Assembly (NCBI GenBank): GCA_965213675.1
Contig: OZ243916.1
Coordinates: 3,136,001-3,200,000 of the forward strand
Source of the DNA: an uncultured Candidatus Binatia bacterium
GTDB lineage: Bacteria > Desulfobacterota > Binatia > UBA9968 > JAJDTQ01
Length of the DNA: 64,000 bases
Direction of reading: 5' to 3'
Below, piece by piece: positions 35,259-45,901 of the stretch (the first letter of the stretch is position 1; each line of letters opens with the position of its first letter). The notes beneath the pieces were generated by a model. The model made no database searches, was not told the DNA's origin, and worked only from the letters and a program-made list of their open reading frames with translations. Made by a program: the position numbers and the translations under genes.

Positions 35259-36509
35259 TCATTTCGTGGATTCCCCGCACACCGAGATGATGGCGAGGGC
35301 GTAAACCTTGGTGGCGGCCACCAGGTCGTCGATCTTCATGGCGCGGTTCTGGTGCGGGCTGATGGTTTCCCTTTGCCGGGGCGGGCCGTAGCACACTGCC
35401 GGGATGCCCACCTCGTTGAATACGTTCATGTCCCGCCACATGCTCATTTCGGCGGAGGGCGGCGCCGGGGGGTCCCCGCCCAGCACGTCGCGGTGGGCCT
35501 GGTCGAGGGCGTCCATCAGCACGTCGGCACTCCGCGCCACGTGGCCGCGGGAATACTGATAGACCGACACTTCGGAGTCGAAGTCCAGAGTCGCCATCAC
35601 GCCTTCGATCTCCCGCCGGATCTCCTGGGGATCGGTTCTGGGGACGATGCGCACGTCGTAGTAGATGTCGCAATAGCCCGGGCCGCCGCGAACGTTCATT
35701 ACCTGGGCCTTGGGGATCATGGTGCCGCCCGGAAACTCGAAGCGCGCCTTCTGCTCGTAGTCGATGGCCCATTGCTCCAGCGCCATGATTGCGTGGGCCA
35801 TCTTGAGGAACGGGTTGGGGTGCGACCGCAGGGATTCGCCCCTTTGCAACCGGGGGGTATAGGTTTCGCGCCCCTTGCAGCGGATCTTGAGCCACACCGC
35901 GCCGCATTCACCGGTGATGATGCCGAATCCCGAGGTTTCGCCCACGAGGCAGTAGTCCGCGGTGATGCCGCGGTCGATGAGCCACTTGGCGCCGAACCCC
36001 TCGCCCGGAAAATTCACACCCTGGGTGCCGTCCACCGACGGCTCGCCGGTCTCGAAGGCTACGCCGGTGACGTAGAGATCGCCGTCGAGCACGACGCCGG
36101 CCTTTTTGAGCGCCCGGGCGGCGATCATGAAGGCGCAGAGTTGGGCCTTGTCGTTGATGAGCCCCTTGCCGTACATCAGTTCGCCGTCTACCCAGGCCCC
36201 TTCCATGCGGATGTCCGCTTCCGGCGCATCGGCCGGCAGTTCGGGGCCGGTGTCCATGTGGGCGTTGAGGATGAGGCTGGACCCGCCGCCGGCGCCGGGG
36301 ATCGTCCCTACTGCGTTGACGCTCTCATCGGTGATCCACTGAAGCCAGGCGTCGATGCCGTTCTCCTTGAGCCACGCCACCACGGCCTCGCCCAATGCCC
36401 GTTCCTGGGCGTGGGGGCTGGGCGTGCCGCCCAACTCAAGGCACAACCGGACCAACTCGTCCCGGTCGCCGTCAATGATGTCCTTTATCCGGTTGGCACT
36501 GTCGCTCAT
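35259..36509 (-). CDS. M20 (ArgE/DapE-like) metallopeptidase/deacylase
   Basis: LILNAHMDT, YGKGLINDK, VGE, GIPAVCYGP; metal ligands partly divergent. Confidence 0.82.
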   Translation of the reverse strand: MSDSANRIKDIIDGDRDELVRLCLELGGTPSPHAQERALGEAVVAWLKENGIDAWLQWITDESVNAVGTIPGAGGGSSLILNAHMDTGPELPADAPEADIRMEGAWVDGELMYGKGLINDKAQLCAFMIAARALKKAGVVLDGDLYVTGVAFETGEPSVDGTQGVNFPGEGFGAKWLIDRGITADYCLVGETSGFGIITGECGAVWLKIRCKGRETYTPRLQRGESLRSHPNPFLKMAHAIMALEQWAIDYEQKARFEFPGGTMIPKAQVMNVRGGPGYCDIYYDVRIVPRTDPQEIRREIEGVMATLDFDSEVSVYQYSRGHVARSADVLMDALDQAHRDVLGGDPPAPPSAEMSMWRDMNVFNEVGIPAVCYGPPRQRETISPHQNRAMKIDDLVAATKVYALAIISVCGESTK

Positions 36510-36511
36510 GG

Positions 36512-36530
36512 GCTCTATTCATAATAGAGC
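36512..36530. promoter_or_regulatory. Palindrome immediately upstream of the M20 start codon (possible operator)
   Basis: GCTCTATT-CAT-AATAGAGC, AT-rich in GC-rich context, divergent intergenic region. Confidence 0.35.
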
Positions 36531-36758
36531 GCCCCTTGGACTTCAAGGAACGCACGATTCCAGGGACGCGATCCGGTATACGGAGGGCGGGGAAGGGGCT
36601 GTCCGACGACGCCCCCGGACCCCATATCTCGTCAATAGTCGGATGCTCCCTCGTCCGTCATCCCGTTTTGCGGGAATGACAGCCTTGCCCGCCCCGTGCG
36701 TGCTCGCCACACACCCGCCGATTTGCTACACGGGCAGGAACATCGAGGGAGGACGAAC

Positions 36759-37736
36759 ATGGCGCAACAACGACCGAATTCACGAATGAAGCGTGTGCGG
36801 GCGATGCTGGAGATCGCGGCGGGCGTCTACCCGGAGCGCATGCTCGAGATGGGTGTGGGCCTCGACATCAACCTTCACTCCAGCAAGGAGGAGGACCATA
36901 TCTTTCCGCCGCTCCGGTTCGGCGTCCATGGCGCGTTGATGGGCGGCATGAAAGCCCCCATCGAAGTGGGCAAGCGCCGGGTGGACGTTTCCCACGTGAA
37001 CCCCTCGGTCATCGCCACCATGGCGTATCGCGGCAAGGGCTATTACAAGGAAGCGTTGCCCCTGCGCGCCCTCGCCTGCTTTCCCTCCTGGGACCGCATC
37101 GCCATGGTCGTGGCCAAGGATCTCGGGGTGCGATCGCTGCGGGAAGTGGTGGCAAACAAGATCCCGCTGAAAGTCTCCACCCGCACGTCCGGCATTGACA
37201 ACTCCACCGCCTACGCCATCACCACCATCATGTCCCTCTACGGATTGACCTTCACCAGGATCAAGCGCTGGGGCGGTCAGGTGGACGAGTGCGCCCATCC
37301 CTCCTCGCCCAAGCGCATCGAGTCCATACGCGCCCGGACCGTGAACGCCGTGTTCGACGAGGGCCTGTCCACCAAGTGGCTGGAGGCCGCGCTGGAGAAC
37401 GGCTACGAAGTGCTGCACCTCGACGAGGACGTCATCGCCGGCATGGAAGATCTGGGCTTCAAGCGCGCCGTGATCCCCAAGCGCCGCTTCCCGGGCATGA
37501 AGGAAGACGCGCGCACGGTGGACTTCAGCGGCTGGCCCGTCATCACCCACAAGTGGCTCAGCGACGACATGGCCTACTCCCTGTGCCAGGCCATCTACCG
37601 CCGCCGCCGCAACATCCCGGTGGACGCCCCGCGCCTGAACGTCCGCCAAGCCTGCCGCGACACCGACGCCGGCCCCATCGGCATCCCACTGCATCCGGGG
37701 GCGCAGCGGTTCTATGAGGACATGGGGTTCCTGTAG
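36759..37736 (+). CDS. TAXI-family solute-binding-fold protein without signal peptide
   Basis: PLRALACFP, AVFDEG, C-terminal IPLHPGAQRFYEDMGFL; GGAGG RBS. Confidence 0.72.
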   Translation: MAQQRPNSRMKRVRAMLEIAAGVYPERMLEMGVGLDINLHSSKEEDHIFPPLRFGVHGALMGGMKAPIEVGKRRVDVSHVNPSVIATMAYRGKGYYKEALPLRALACFPSWDRIAMVVAKDLGVRSLREVVANKIPLKVSTRTSGIDNSTAYAITTIMSLYGLTFTRIKRWGGQVDECAHPSSPKRIESIRARTVNAVFDEGLSTKWLEAALENGYEVLHLDEDVIAGMEDLGFKRAVIPKRRFPGMKEDARTVDFSGWPVITHKWLSDDMAYSLCQAIYRRRRNIPVDAPRLNVRQACRDTDAGPIGIPLHPGAQRFYEDMGFL

Positions 37737-37822
37737 GCGGAGGGTGCGGCGACGGGCGGGACGGGTCTTGGGGGCTATTTTGCGAATCTGATCGCGTATG
37801 GGCTGAGCATCGATTTCCTCCT

Positions 37823-38125
37823 GTGAAGATACGACGAGCCATTGACCGTCAATCCAACGCCAGGAGCCGTGCCCTCCGGCGCTTCATGGAGCGCGGCGAC
37901 CCGCGGCGCATCCACCCCGAGCACCGGGAAGCCGTACGCGACATCCTGGTGCGCCTCAACGCGTCCGCGACCCCGGACGACATGGACCTGCCGGGGTTCC
38001 GGCTGCATCGGCTCAGCGGCGAATATGCCGGCTTCTGGGCGGTGACGGTCCGTGCCAACTGGCGGGTCATTTTCCGGTTTGACGAAGGCCACGCCGCTGA
38101 TGTCGACTATCTGGACTACCACTAG
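37823..38125 (+). CDS. higB: HigB-family toxin (start uncertain)
   Basis: [14 protein letters not shown]...[15 protein letters not shown]...DVDYLDYH. Confidence 0.88.
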   Translation: MKIRRAIDRQSNARSRALRRFMERGDPRRIHPEHREAVRDILVRLNASATPDDMDLPGFRLHRLSGEYAGFWAVTVRANWRVIFRFDEGHAADVDYLDYH

Positions 38126-38138
38126 AAAGGCAATGTCC

Positions 38139-38462
38139 ATGCTCATGCACGATCCGCCCCATCCGGGCGCATTCATCCGGCGCCAGTGCCTGGAACCCCT
38201 GAGTCTGACGGTGACCGAGGCCGCCAAAGGGCTCGCGGTATCGCGCAACACGCTGTCCATGTTGCTCAACGGCCGTCTGGGCATATCCCCCGAAATGGCC
38301 ATCCGGTTGTCGGAGGCCTTCGGCGGCAGCCCCGAGAGCTGGTTGACCCAGCAGATGCAGTACGACCTCTGGCACGCGCAGCATGACCGCAAGCCGGTCG
38401 AGGTCAGGAGGTTCGCCGTCCCTTCGGCCGCTCGATTGAGGAGAAACTCAGGTCATATTTGA
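38139..38462 (+). CDS. higA: HigA-family antitoxin (HTH)
   Basis: [42 protein letters not shown]; C-terminus runs into a MITE remnant. Confidence 0.9.
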   Translation: MLMHDPPHPGAFIRRQCLEPLSLTVTEAAKGLAVSRNTLSMLLNGRLGISPEMAIRLSEAFGGSPESWLTQQMQYDLWHAQHDRKPVEVRRFAVPSAARLRRNSGHI

Positions 38463-38530
38463 CGAAATCGAGCAGCCGAAGGGACGGATGATAGCGGATT
38501 TGCAGCAGTGAATTCCTACGGCGCAAGCTC
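38413..38530. mobile_element. MITE-like element, family B partial copy
   Basis: Reverse-complement match to ~61731-61848; one end missing. Confidence 0.8.
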
Positions 38531-38905
38531 TGAGGCCTCGGCCACGGTCAACGTCATGCGCCGCCCCTGGACCACACGGACCTCCGCGCCGGCGGGTATC
38601 GCGCGGGCGCCTGGCGCGGAGCGGGCACGCCACAACTCCCCGTTCACGTAGACGTACCCGGCAGGGTCCAAGGTGTCCCGTGCCACGCCGCGCAAGCCTA
38701 CGAGCCGAGCGGCGCCGGTGGCTTCCAGTTGGTAGGCCTTGCGCAGGAACGGGTAGCAGATCACGTCCTTCACCACCACGACGCCCACGATGGTGAGCGC
38801 CGCCCACATGGGTAGGCCCAGCCACGCGTGCAGGACGGTCGCGAGCCCGGCAGCCAGGAGCCAGCCGGGGATCTGGAATAGATAGTAGCGGGTGACGGTC
38901 CGCAC
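38516..38905 (-). CDS. NfeD-like small membrane protein
   Basis: Two TM segments, then LVGLRG...GYVYVNGELWRA...VRVV OB-fold; GTG 38905. Confidence 0.78.
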   Translation of the reverse strand: MRTVTRYYLFQIPGWLLAAGLATVLHAWLGLPMWAALTIVGVVVVKDVICYPFLRKAYQLEATGAARLVGLRGVARDTLDPAGYVYVNGELWRARSAPGARAIPAGAEVRVVQGRRMTLTVAEASELAP

Positions 38906-39000
38906 TGGCGCGTGTCTCGTTCGCCAGAGGGCCCGTTGGAGGAGTGGCGAAGCGGGTGCTTGATTCGCGGCGATTCGACGACTTCGAACGGCTCCTGAAG

Positions 39001-39981
39001 CTACATGGCGCCGGCGAACAGACGCAGGGTCTCGCCGCGGTCGGCGTCGCCCACGTTGTAGGGGATGATCGCCACCTGATTGATGGGACTGCGCTTGAGT
39101 TCCTCGACCTTGGCGCGGCACTCGTCGGGGGTGCCGGCGACGGCGAACTTGTCCACCAGCCAGTCCGGGATCACTCGCGCCTGGGCGGCGAGCGGGTTCA
39201 TGTGCTGGTAGTAGTTGTAGGCGTTGCGGATGTCGTCCAGGACCTTCTGCTCTTGTTCGTTCAGGGTGAAGGGCAGCGGGTGGGCGATGACCCGGGCGAC
39301 GTGGGCCTTGACCACGTCCTTGGCTCCGGGGTTCTCGGACACCGCGCACGGCACCCACAACACCAGGTCGATGTCGGAGAGCTTGCGACCCGCCGACTCC
39401 GCTCCGGCCGCGATTCGCTCTACCGCTCTGTCGATAGCGCCGGAATCCACCCCCACGAGGATGATGACGCCGTCGGCGATGCGCCCGGACAACTCCAGCA
39501 TTTTCGGACCGCTGGCGGCCGCGTAGAACGGGATCTTCCGGTTCTGCGCAAAGTTGAGGTGTATCTTGCTGCCGCTCTCCAGCTCGGCTTCGCCGCCCTC
39601 GATGACGGCGCGCATCTGCGCCACCGCCGCCTCGAACTCCGCAAGCCGCGCCTGCTTGCGGCCCATGGTCTCCAGGGAGCTGTCGCCGAGGCCGATGCCC
39701 ACGGCGAACCGTCCCGGCGCCAGTTCGTCCAGGGTCGCGTAGCCGCTGGCCAGCACCGAGGGGTGCCGCGTGACCGGGTTGGTGACGCCGGTGCCGATGA
39801 TGACCTTGGAGGTGTTGAGCGCCACCGCGGCCATGTTCACGAACGCCTCTCGCCAGATGAGGTGCGAGTCGCCGACCCATATGTGGCTATAGCCCAGATC
39901 TTCCGCCTGCTTGCTGAGGTGGATGATGCGCGACATGGATTCCGTGGGGAACATGCCCACGCCATACTGTAATGAACTCAC
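39001..39981 (-). CDS. Luciferase-like (LLM) flavin/F420-dependent oxidoreductase
   Basis: WVGDSH, IGTGVTNPVTRHP, GIGLGDS, AASGPKML..GRIADG, GTPDEC. Confidence 0.9.
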   Translation of the reverse strand: MSSLQYGVGMFPTESMSRIIHLSKQAEDLGYSHIWVGDSHLIWREAFVNMAAVALNTSKVIIGTGVTNPVTRHPSVLASGYATLDELAPGRFAVGIGLGDSSLETMGRKQARLAEFEAAVAQMRAVIEGGEAELESGSKIHLNFAQNRKIPFYAAASGPKMLELSGRIADGVIILVGVDSGAIDRAVERIAAGAESAGRKLSDIDLVLWVPCAVSENPGAKDVVKAHVARVIAHPLPFTLNEQEQKVLDDIRNAYNYYQHMNPLAAQARVIPDWLVDKFAVAGTPDECRAKVEELKRSPINQVAIIPYNVGDADRGETLRLFAGAM

Positions 39982-40111
39982 CGGGCAACCTCCTTGGGCG
40001 ATAGTTGCATCATGGCCTCTCAGGCCTACCTTTCCCCATGTTTACAACGGGTTATGTTCACTCACCCCAAAGTCCAAGTTCCGGCCCTGGCAGCCAGGCG
40101 ACAGCCTCTGG

Positions 40112-41281
40112 CTACCCGCTGATCACCACGCCCCGCTCCGGCGGCGGCGTCTGCTGGCTCCGGCCCGCCACGGTCAGTTCGCCGTCGATCATCACCACGG
40201 AGATGCCCGGCAGGTCGCCCTTGGCGAAGGAGTCCAGGGCGTCAATGGACACCGAGCCGGTGATGCGGTCCATGATCACCAGGTCCGCGGGCCGGCCCTC
40301 GGCGATGATGCCGAAATCGAGGCCGTGGGCGCGGCCGGTGTTGCCCGTGGCCATGGCCACGGCGTGCTCTGGCGCGATACCGCCGAGGGAGGCCAGAAAG
40401 CACATTTCGCGCAGGATGCCCCGGGGGACCACCCCGGTGCCGCCCGGCGTGTCCGTGCCCACCAGCACCCGGGCCTCGGCTCCGCATTGCCGGACCGCGT
40501 CCGCCAGCACCATGCCCATGCGCAGGTTGCCGGAAGTGCAGATCTCGACGTAGTACTCGGTCTCGGCCACGATGCGGCGCAGGTCTTCTTCCGGCATGGG
40601 GATGGGGCCGCCGGTGCTGTGGCCGATGACGTCGGGGTCGATGGCCTTGACGATGTCCACCCCCGCCACCTGGCTCACGCCGGAGCGGGAGACACCGCCG
40701 GAATGGATCTTGACCTTGATGTCCCGCGCCCTGGCCCACTTCACGTAGCGCTCCGCCTCGCCCGTGGGCAAGAGGCTGTAGTCGTAGAAGATGAACTTGA
40801 CCAGCCGGACACCCGCCTCGGCGATGGTATCGAAGTCCTTCTCTTCCAGGCCCGGCACCAGCAGCAGCGTGCCGCCGTGCACCCGGACGCCGGTGGGCCG
40901 CAGGTTGTCCCAGCAGCGCTTGGCGACGATGGAAAGCGATACCGCGCATAGCGGGTCCGGCGGCAGCGGCAGCCCGGGCACATGCAGCTCCCCGGCGGAA
41001 ATGATGGAGGTGACCCCGCCGTGCATGTAGTGGGTGATCCATCCCATGGAATTCTGGGCCGGCGTGAAGTTGCCGAAGGTGGGATGGGAATGCGAGTCGA
41101 TGAGGCCTGGGACCACCGTGGTGCCATTGGCGTCGATGGTGCGGTCCACGTTGCCGCCCAGGCCGTTACCGACTTCCTGGATGACGCCGTCCGCCACGAG
41201 GATGGAGTCGGCGTCCCGGAGGGGGTCCTCCAGCATCCCGGTGGCCAGAGTCCCGATGTTCTTGATCAGCGTTGTGGACAT
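40112..41281 (-). CDS. Enamidase-like metal-dependent amidohydrolase
   Basis: PGLIDSHSHP, GGVTSIISAGELH, KIHSGG, GTDTPGG, GRPADLV. Confidence 0.82.
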   Translation of the reverse strand: MSTTLIKNIGTLATGMLEDPLRDADSILVADGVIQEVGNGLGGNVDRTIDANGTTVVPGLIDSHSHPTFGNFTPAQNSMGWITHYMHGGVTSIISAGELHVPGLPLPPDPLCAVSLSIVAKRCWDNLRPTGVRVHGGTLLLVPGLEEKDFDTIAEAGVRLVKFIFYDYSLLPTGEAERYVKWARARDIKVKIHSGGVSRSGVSQVAGVDIVKAIDPDVIGHSTGGPIPMPEEDLRRIVAETEYYVEICTSGNLRMGMVLADAVRQCGAEARVLVGTDTPGGTGVVPRGILREMCFLASLGGIAPEHAVAMATGNTGRAHGLDFGIIAEGRPADLVIMDRITGSVSIDALDSFAKGDLPGISVVMIDGELTVAGRSQQTPPPERGVVISG

Positions 41282-41440
41282 GTACGGACGGCCCCTTTGC
41301 GGCAGAGATTCAGATTCAGGACCGTAGCACAGAAAACTGTCAAATTCAGGCACCGCGCCGTCACCGAGGACCTCGCCGCCACTCCGCACCGCCGCCCTTT
41401 GGTGACGGGACCCGTCCACGGCGAACGGGTCCTTCCCGGC

Positions 41441-42229
41441 TCAGTGCGACAGGATCTGGCTCAGGAACAGCTTGGTGCGGTCGTTATGGGGGTTGTTGAA
41501 GAACGGCTCAGGGGCGTTCTCCTCGATGATCTCGCCGCCGTCCATGAAGATTACCCGGTGGGCGGCACGGCGGGCGAAGCCCATCTCGTGGGTCACCACC
41601 AGCATGGTCATGCCGGACTCGGCCAGCTCGAGCATGGTGTCGAGCACTTCTTTGATCATCTCGGGGTCGAGGGCGGAGGTGGGCTCGTCGAACAGCATGA
41701 TCTTGGGCTGCATGCACAGCGAGCGCGCGATGGCCACGCGCTGCTGCTGGCCGCCGGAGAGTTGGCCGGGATACTTGTCGGCCTGCTCGGGAATCTGCAC
41801 GCGTTCCAGGTAGCGCTGGGCTATCTCTTCGGCTTCGTCCTTGGGCAGCTTGCGCACCCACATGGGCCCTAGAGTGCAGTTCTCCAGCACGGTGAGGTGG
41901 GGAAAGAGGTTGAAGTGCTGGAACACCATCCCTACCTCGGAGCGGATCTGCTCGATGTTCTTGACGTCGCGGGTCAGTTCCGTGCCGTCCACCGCGATGG
42001 ACCCCTGCTGATGCACCTCCAGCCGGTTGATGCAGCGGATCAGGGTGGACTTGCCCGAGCCCGACGGTCCGCAGATGACGATGCGCTCGCCGGCGGTCAC
42101 GCGCAGGTTGATGTTCTTCAGCACGTGAAACGTGCCGAACCATTTGTGCATGGCCTGGATCTCCACCATCACCCTGGAGGAGTCGACCGCGGATCGGATG
42201 CGTTCGGGTTCTTCTTCGATGGTAGCCAT
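41441..42229 (-). CDS. aapP: General L-amino acid ABC transporter ATPase
   Basis: [27 protein letters not shown]. Confidence 0.9.
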   Translation of the reverse strand: MATIEEEPERIRSAVDSSRVMVEIQAMHKWFGTFHVLKNINLRVTAGERIVICGPSGSGKSTLIRCINRLEVHQQGSIAVDGTELTRDVKNIEQIRSEVGMVFQHFNLFPHLTVLENCTLGPMWVRKLPKDEAEEIAQRYLERVQIPEQADKYPGQLSGGQQQRVAIARSLCMQPKIMLFDEPTSALDPEMIKEVLDTMLELAESGMTMLVVTHEMGFARRAAHRVIFMDGGEIIEENAPEPFFNNPHNDRTKLFLSQILSH

Positions 42230-42251
42230 GAGGAAAATCGCTGGCGGTCTG

Positions 42252-43373
42252 CTAACGGTCTCCGACGCTCAGACGTCCTTCGAGCCAGAGAGAATATCGC
42301 GACATGGCGAAGCAGCTCAGGAAGAAGAAGAGCGCGATAAAGAGATACGTCTCGTTGGACAGTCCGTTCCACTTGGCGTCGGCGAGCACCGCCCGAGCCA
42401 CCCCCAGCGGGTCCAACAGGCCGATGATTACTACCAGCGTACTGTCCTTGTAAAGCCCGATGAAGACGTTGACCATGCCGGGGATGGCGATTTTGAGGGC
42501 CTGGGGCAGCGTGATCAGCCAAGTGGTCTTCCAGTAGGACAGCCCGAGGGAGTCCGCGGCCTCGTACTGGCCGCGGGAAAGGGCTTGCAAACCGCCGCGC
42601 ACCGCTTCGGCGAGGTAGGCCGCGGCGAACAGCGTGACCATGATGAGCACCCGGATGAGAAGATCGAAGTTCGTACCCGGGGGCAGGAAGTAGTTGAGCA
42701 TGGTGGAGGCGATGAACAGCAGCGTGATCAGCGGCACCCCCCGCACCACTTCGATGAAGGTGACGCACAGGACACGGATCGCCAGCAGCCGCGACTGCCT
42801 TCCGAGGGCCAGCAGGATGCCCAGCGGCAGCGACGCCACGATGCCGGTGACGCCCAGGATCATGGTGAGCAGAAATCCGCCGTAGGCGTCGGTGTCTACC
42901 ACCGGCAGGCCCAGGCCGCCGTAGATCAACCAGGCGCCCACCGCGGGATAGGCCAGCGAGAACCACAGCAGCCGGCTGCGATAGGGCGTGCGGTCGAACA
43001 GCACCGGCGCCAGCGCGGGAAAAAGCAGGACGAAGGTGAGCACCGGACGCCAGCGCTGGTCGGCGGGATAGAAGCCGTAGACGAACTGGTCCAGCCGGGT
43101 GGTGATGACCGCCCAGCAGGCGCCCTCACCCTGCTTGCGGCAGTCCACCCGGGAGCCGGCCTCCCACACCGCTTCCAGGACGAACCAGCCGATGACGGCG
43201 GTCACGAACTCGTAGATCAGCCAGATGGAAACGAGGGTCAGCGCGGTGTTGAACACCGACGAGAACAGGTTGGCGCGCAACCAGCCGATGATGCCGGCGG
43301 TGCCCGGAGGCGGCGGCAGGTCCGGGTGCTGTCCGGGCGGATAGGTCGGGGTTGCGGTGGCGGGAAGTGACAT
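42252..43373 (-). CDS. aapM: General L-amino acid ABC transporter permease
   Basis: [29 protein letters not shown]. Confidence 0.87.
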   Translation of the reverse strand: MSLPATATPTYPPGQHPDLPPPPGTAGIIGWLRANLFSSVFNTALTLVSIWLIYEFVTAVIGWFVLEAVWEAGSRVDCRKQGEGACWAVITTRLDQFVYGFYPADQRWRPVLTFVLLFPALAPVLFDRTPYRSRLLWFSLAYPAVGAWLIYGGLGLPVVDTDAYGGFLLTMILGVTGIVASLPLGILLALGRQSRLLAIRVLCVTFIEVVRGVPLITLLFIASTMLNYFLPPGTNFDLLIRVLIMVTLFAAAYLAEAVRGGLQALSRGQYEAADSLGLSYWKTTWLITLPQALKIAIPGMVNVFIGLYKDSTLVVIIGLLDPLGVARAVLADAKWNGLSNETYLFIALFFFLSCFAMSRYSLWLEGRLSVGDR

Positions 43374-44599
43374 CAGCGCTCCACCAGCCGGACCCGGCGG
43401 TTGTACCAGTTCATGAACACGGAAATGCTCAGGGAAATGGCCAGGTAAACCAGCAAGACCAGCATCATGCACTCGATCTCCCGCCCTGTCTGATTCAGAG
43501 TGATCCCCCCCAGGGTCCCCACCAGGTCCACGTAGCCGATGGCGATGGCCAGGGACGAGTTCTTGGTGAGGTCAAGGTACTGGGAGGTGAGCGGCGGGAT
43601 GATTACCCGAAGCGACTGAGGCAGGATCACCAGGCGCAGGACGCGTCTGCGGGAAAGTCCCAGCGCGTGTGACGCCTCGATCTGGCCCTTGTCCACGGCG
43701 AGGATGCCGGCGCGGACGTTCTCGGCAATGAAGCCGGAGGTGTAGAACGCCAGCGCCCAGGTCAACGCCACCAGCTCGGGCGTGAGGTAGAGTCCGCCCC
43801 GGAAGTTGAACCCATGGAGCTCCGGCACGTCGAAGGAAAGGGTAGCGCCGGCGGCCACGTAGGCAAGCCCCGGCAGTCCCACGATCAGGGCGGCGGAAAT
43901 CCAGCCGCCGGGAAGCTGCCGGCCGGTGGCTTCCCGGACCCGGCGTACGTGACGGTGGACGAAGACCGCCCCCACGATGGCCGCCACGAGAGCCAGCGCG
44001 ACCCACTCGAATCCCGATTCGAACAGGGGCTTGGGAACGTAGAAGCCCCGGTTGGTGAGGAACGTGGCGCCGCCGACGGTCACGGCCTGCCGTGGATGCG
44101 GCAGCGTGTTGATGAATATCCCGTGCCACAGCAGGATGAGCAGCAGCACGGGGGTGTTGCGGGTGAACTCGACGTAGCAGTACGCCAGGCGCGACACCAG
44201 CCAGTTGTCCGACAACCGGAATATGCCGACGAGGAAACCGAGCACCGTGGCCAGGATGATCCCGAGGAAGGCCACCACTCCCGTGTTGATCAGCCCCACC
44301 AGCGCTGCGCGCAGGTGCGTGTCCCGGTTGGTGTACTCGATGAGCGTCTGGTTGATGTCGTAGTTGGCGGGGAGCCAGAGGAAGTCGAAACCGAAGGTCT
44401 TGTCGAGGATGGCGAAGTTGGCGACGACGTTGGCGATCATCCAGGCCACGGTCGCGAACACGCCGAGCAGCACCAGGATCTGGATGGCGACGCCGCGTAC
44501 CGCCTCGTCGTACCACAGGCTGCCGAAGCTGAAGTTGGGCCCTGGAGGCGGACCGGGTCTCTCGGTAGATTGCACCACGCCCGGTAGTCTATACGACAT
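43373..44599 (-). CDS. aapQ: General L-amino acid ABC transporter permease
   Basis: GFDFL, RNTP, KGQIEA, KNSSLAIAIGY. Confidence 0.87.
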   Translation of the reverse strand: MSYRLPGVVQSTERPGPPPGPNFSFGSLWYDEAVRGVAIQILVLLGVFATVAWMIANVVANFAILDKTFGFDFLWLPANYDINQTLIEYTNRDTHLRAALVGLINTGVVAFLGIILATVLGFLVGIFRLSDNWLVSRLAYCYVEFTRNTPVLLLILLWHGIFINTLPHPRQAVTVGGATFLTNRGFYVPKPLFESGFEWVALALVAAIVGAVFVHRHVRRVREATGRQLPGGWISAALIVGLPGLAYVAAGATLSFDVPELHGFNFRGGLYLTPELVALTWALAFYTSGFIAENVRAGILAVDKGQIEASHALGLSRRRVLRLVILPQSLRVIIPPLTSQYLDLTKNSSLAIAIGYVDLVGTLGGITLNQTGREIECMMLVLLVYLAISLSISVFMNWYNRRVRLVER

Positions 44600-44614
44600 G
44601 GGCCGTATGGATTA

Positions 44615-44647
44615 CCAGTGTCGCGCGCTATGGCGGCGCGACACTGG
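44615..44647. repeat. Intercistronic hairpin after aapJ
   Basis: CCAGTGTCGCGC-N9-GCGCGACACTGG. Confidence 0.65.
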
Positions 44648-44684
44648 ATCCACACGGTTCATGCTGGTGTGAAACCTGTCCGAT

Positions 44685-45716
44685 CTACCGGAATGGCGGG
44701 GCGTAGAGCAGTCCGCCGTCGGTCCACTGGGCGTTGAGGCCCCGGTCCAGGCCGATGAGGGTACTTTTGCCGAGGTGCTTCTCGAAGACCTCGCCGTAGT
44801 TGCCCACCTGCGCGATGATGTTCACCGCCCAGTCCTTGGACAAACCCAGCCGCTCGCGGCCCTGCAGCTCCTCGACGCCGAGAAGGCGGTTGACCTCCTT
44901 GTTCTTGTTTTCCTTGGACGCCATTGCCTTGGCGTTCTTGGAGGTCACGCCCATCTCCTCGGCCGCGATCATGGCGTTGAGGGACCAGCGCACGATGTCC
45001 GCCCACTGATCGTCGCCGTGGCGAACCAGCGGTCCCAGCGGCTCCTTGGAAATGATCTCGGGCAGCACCACGTGGGCGTCCGGGTTGTCGGTGGCGGCTC
45101 GGGTCGCCGCCAGGCCGGAGCGGTCGGTGGTGTACACGTCGCAACGGCCGGCCAGGTAGTTGGTGCGTGCCTCGGTGTTGGTCTCGATGGGCACCGGCTC
45201 ATACTTCATGTTGTTGGCGCGGAAGTAGTCCGCGAGGTTCAGCTCGGTAGTGGTGCCGGTCTGGATGCAGACCGAAGCGCCGGCGAGGTCCTTGGCGGAC
45301 TTGACGCCGAGCTTCTTGGGGGCCATGAAGCCCTGGCCGTCGTAGTAGTTGATGCCTACGAAGGTGAGCTGAAGGTCCACGTCCCGGCTGAAGGTCCAGG
45401 TGGTGTTGCGCGACAGCATGTCGATCTCAGCCGAACGCAGCGCGGTGAAGCGCGTCTTGCCGGTGAGGTTCTTGTACTTGAGCTTGTTGGCGTCGCCGAA
45501 CACTGCGGCGGCCACCGCCCGGCACACGTCCACGTCGAAGCCCTTCCACACGCCCTTGTCGTCCGGCGCGGCGAAGCCCACCAAGCCCGTGTTGATGCCG
45601 CAGATCAGGTGCCCCCGCTGGCGGACATCGTCCAGAGTACCCGCCGAGGCCAAGGACGCCGTCGCCAACGCCACGGCGACCAAGCCTACCGAAAACGCGC
45701 GTATCGAATTTCTCAT
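44685..45716 (-). CDS. aapJ: General L-amino acid ABC transporter substrate-binding protein
   Basis: GFDVDVCRAVAAA, RNTTWT, YYDGQGF, GTTTE, ISKEPLGP, VGNYGE, YAPPFR. Confidence 0.92.
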   Translation of the reverse strand: MRNSIRAFSVGLVAVALATASLASAGTLDDVRQRGHLICGINTGLVGFAAPDDKGVWKGFDVDVCRAVAAAVFGDANKLKYKNLTGKTRFTALRSAEIDMLSRNTTWTFSRDVDLQLTFVGINYYDGQGFMAPKKLGVKSAKDLAGASVCIQTGTTTELNLADYFRANNMKYEPVPIETNTEARTNYLAGRCDVYTTDRSGLAATRAATDNPDAHVVLPEIISKEPLGPLVRHGDDQWADIVRWSLNAMIAAEEMGVTSKNAKAMASKENKNKEVNRLLGVEELQGRERLGLSKDWAVNIIAQVGNYGEVFEKHLGKSTLIGLDRGLNAQWTDGGLLYAPPFR

Positions 45717-45901
45717 CGCTACTCCTCCAGGTAATTTCGCCTAACCCAACCCTTTAGTGAACGGACGAGAACTCTGCTCATCTAGAGAACCAATCATAAC
45801 ACAAACGGAAGGAGTAAGGTCAACCCCAATGTTGCAAGAGAGGTTGGTGAAGAGTGATCCCATGCATGTTCCAGGAAACGTCATTCCAGTGCCTGTCAGT
45901 G

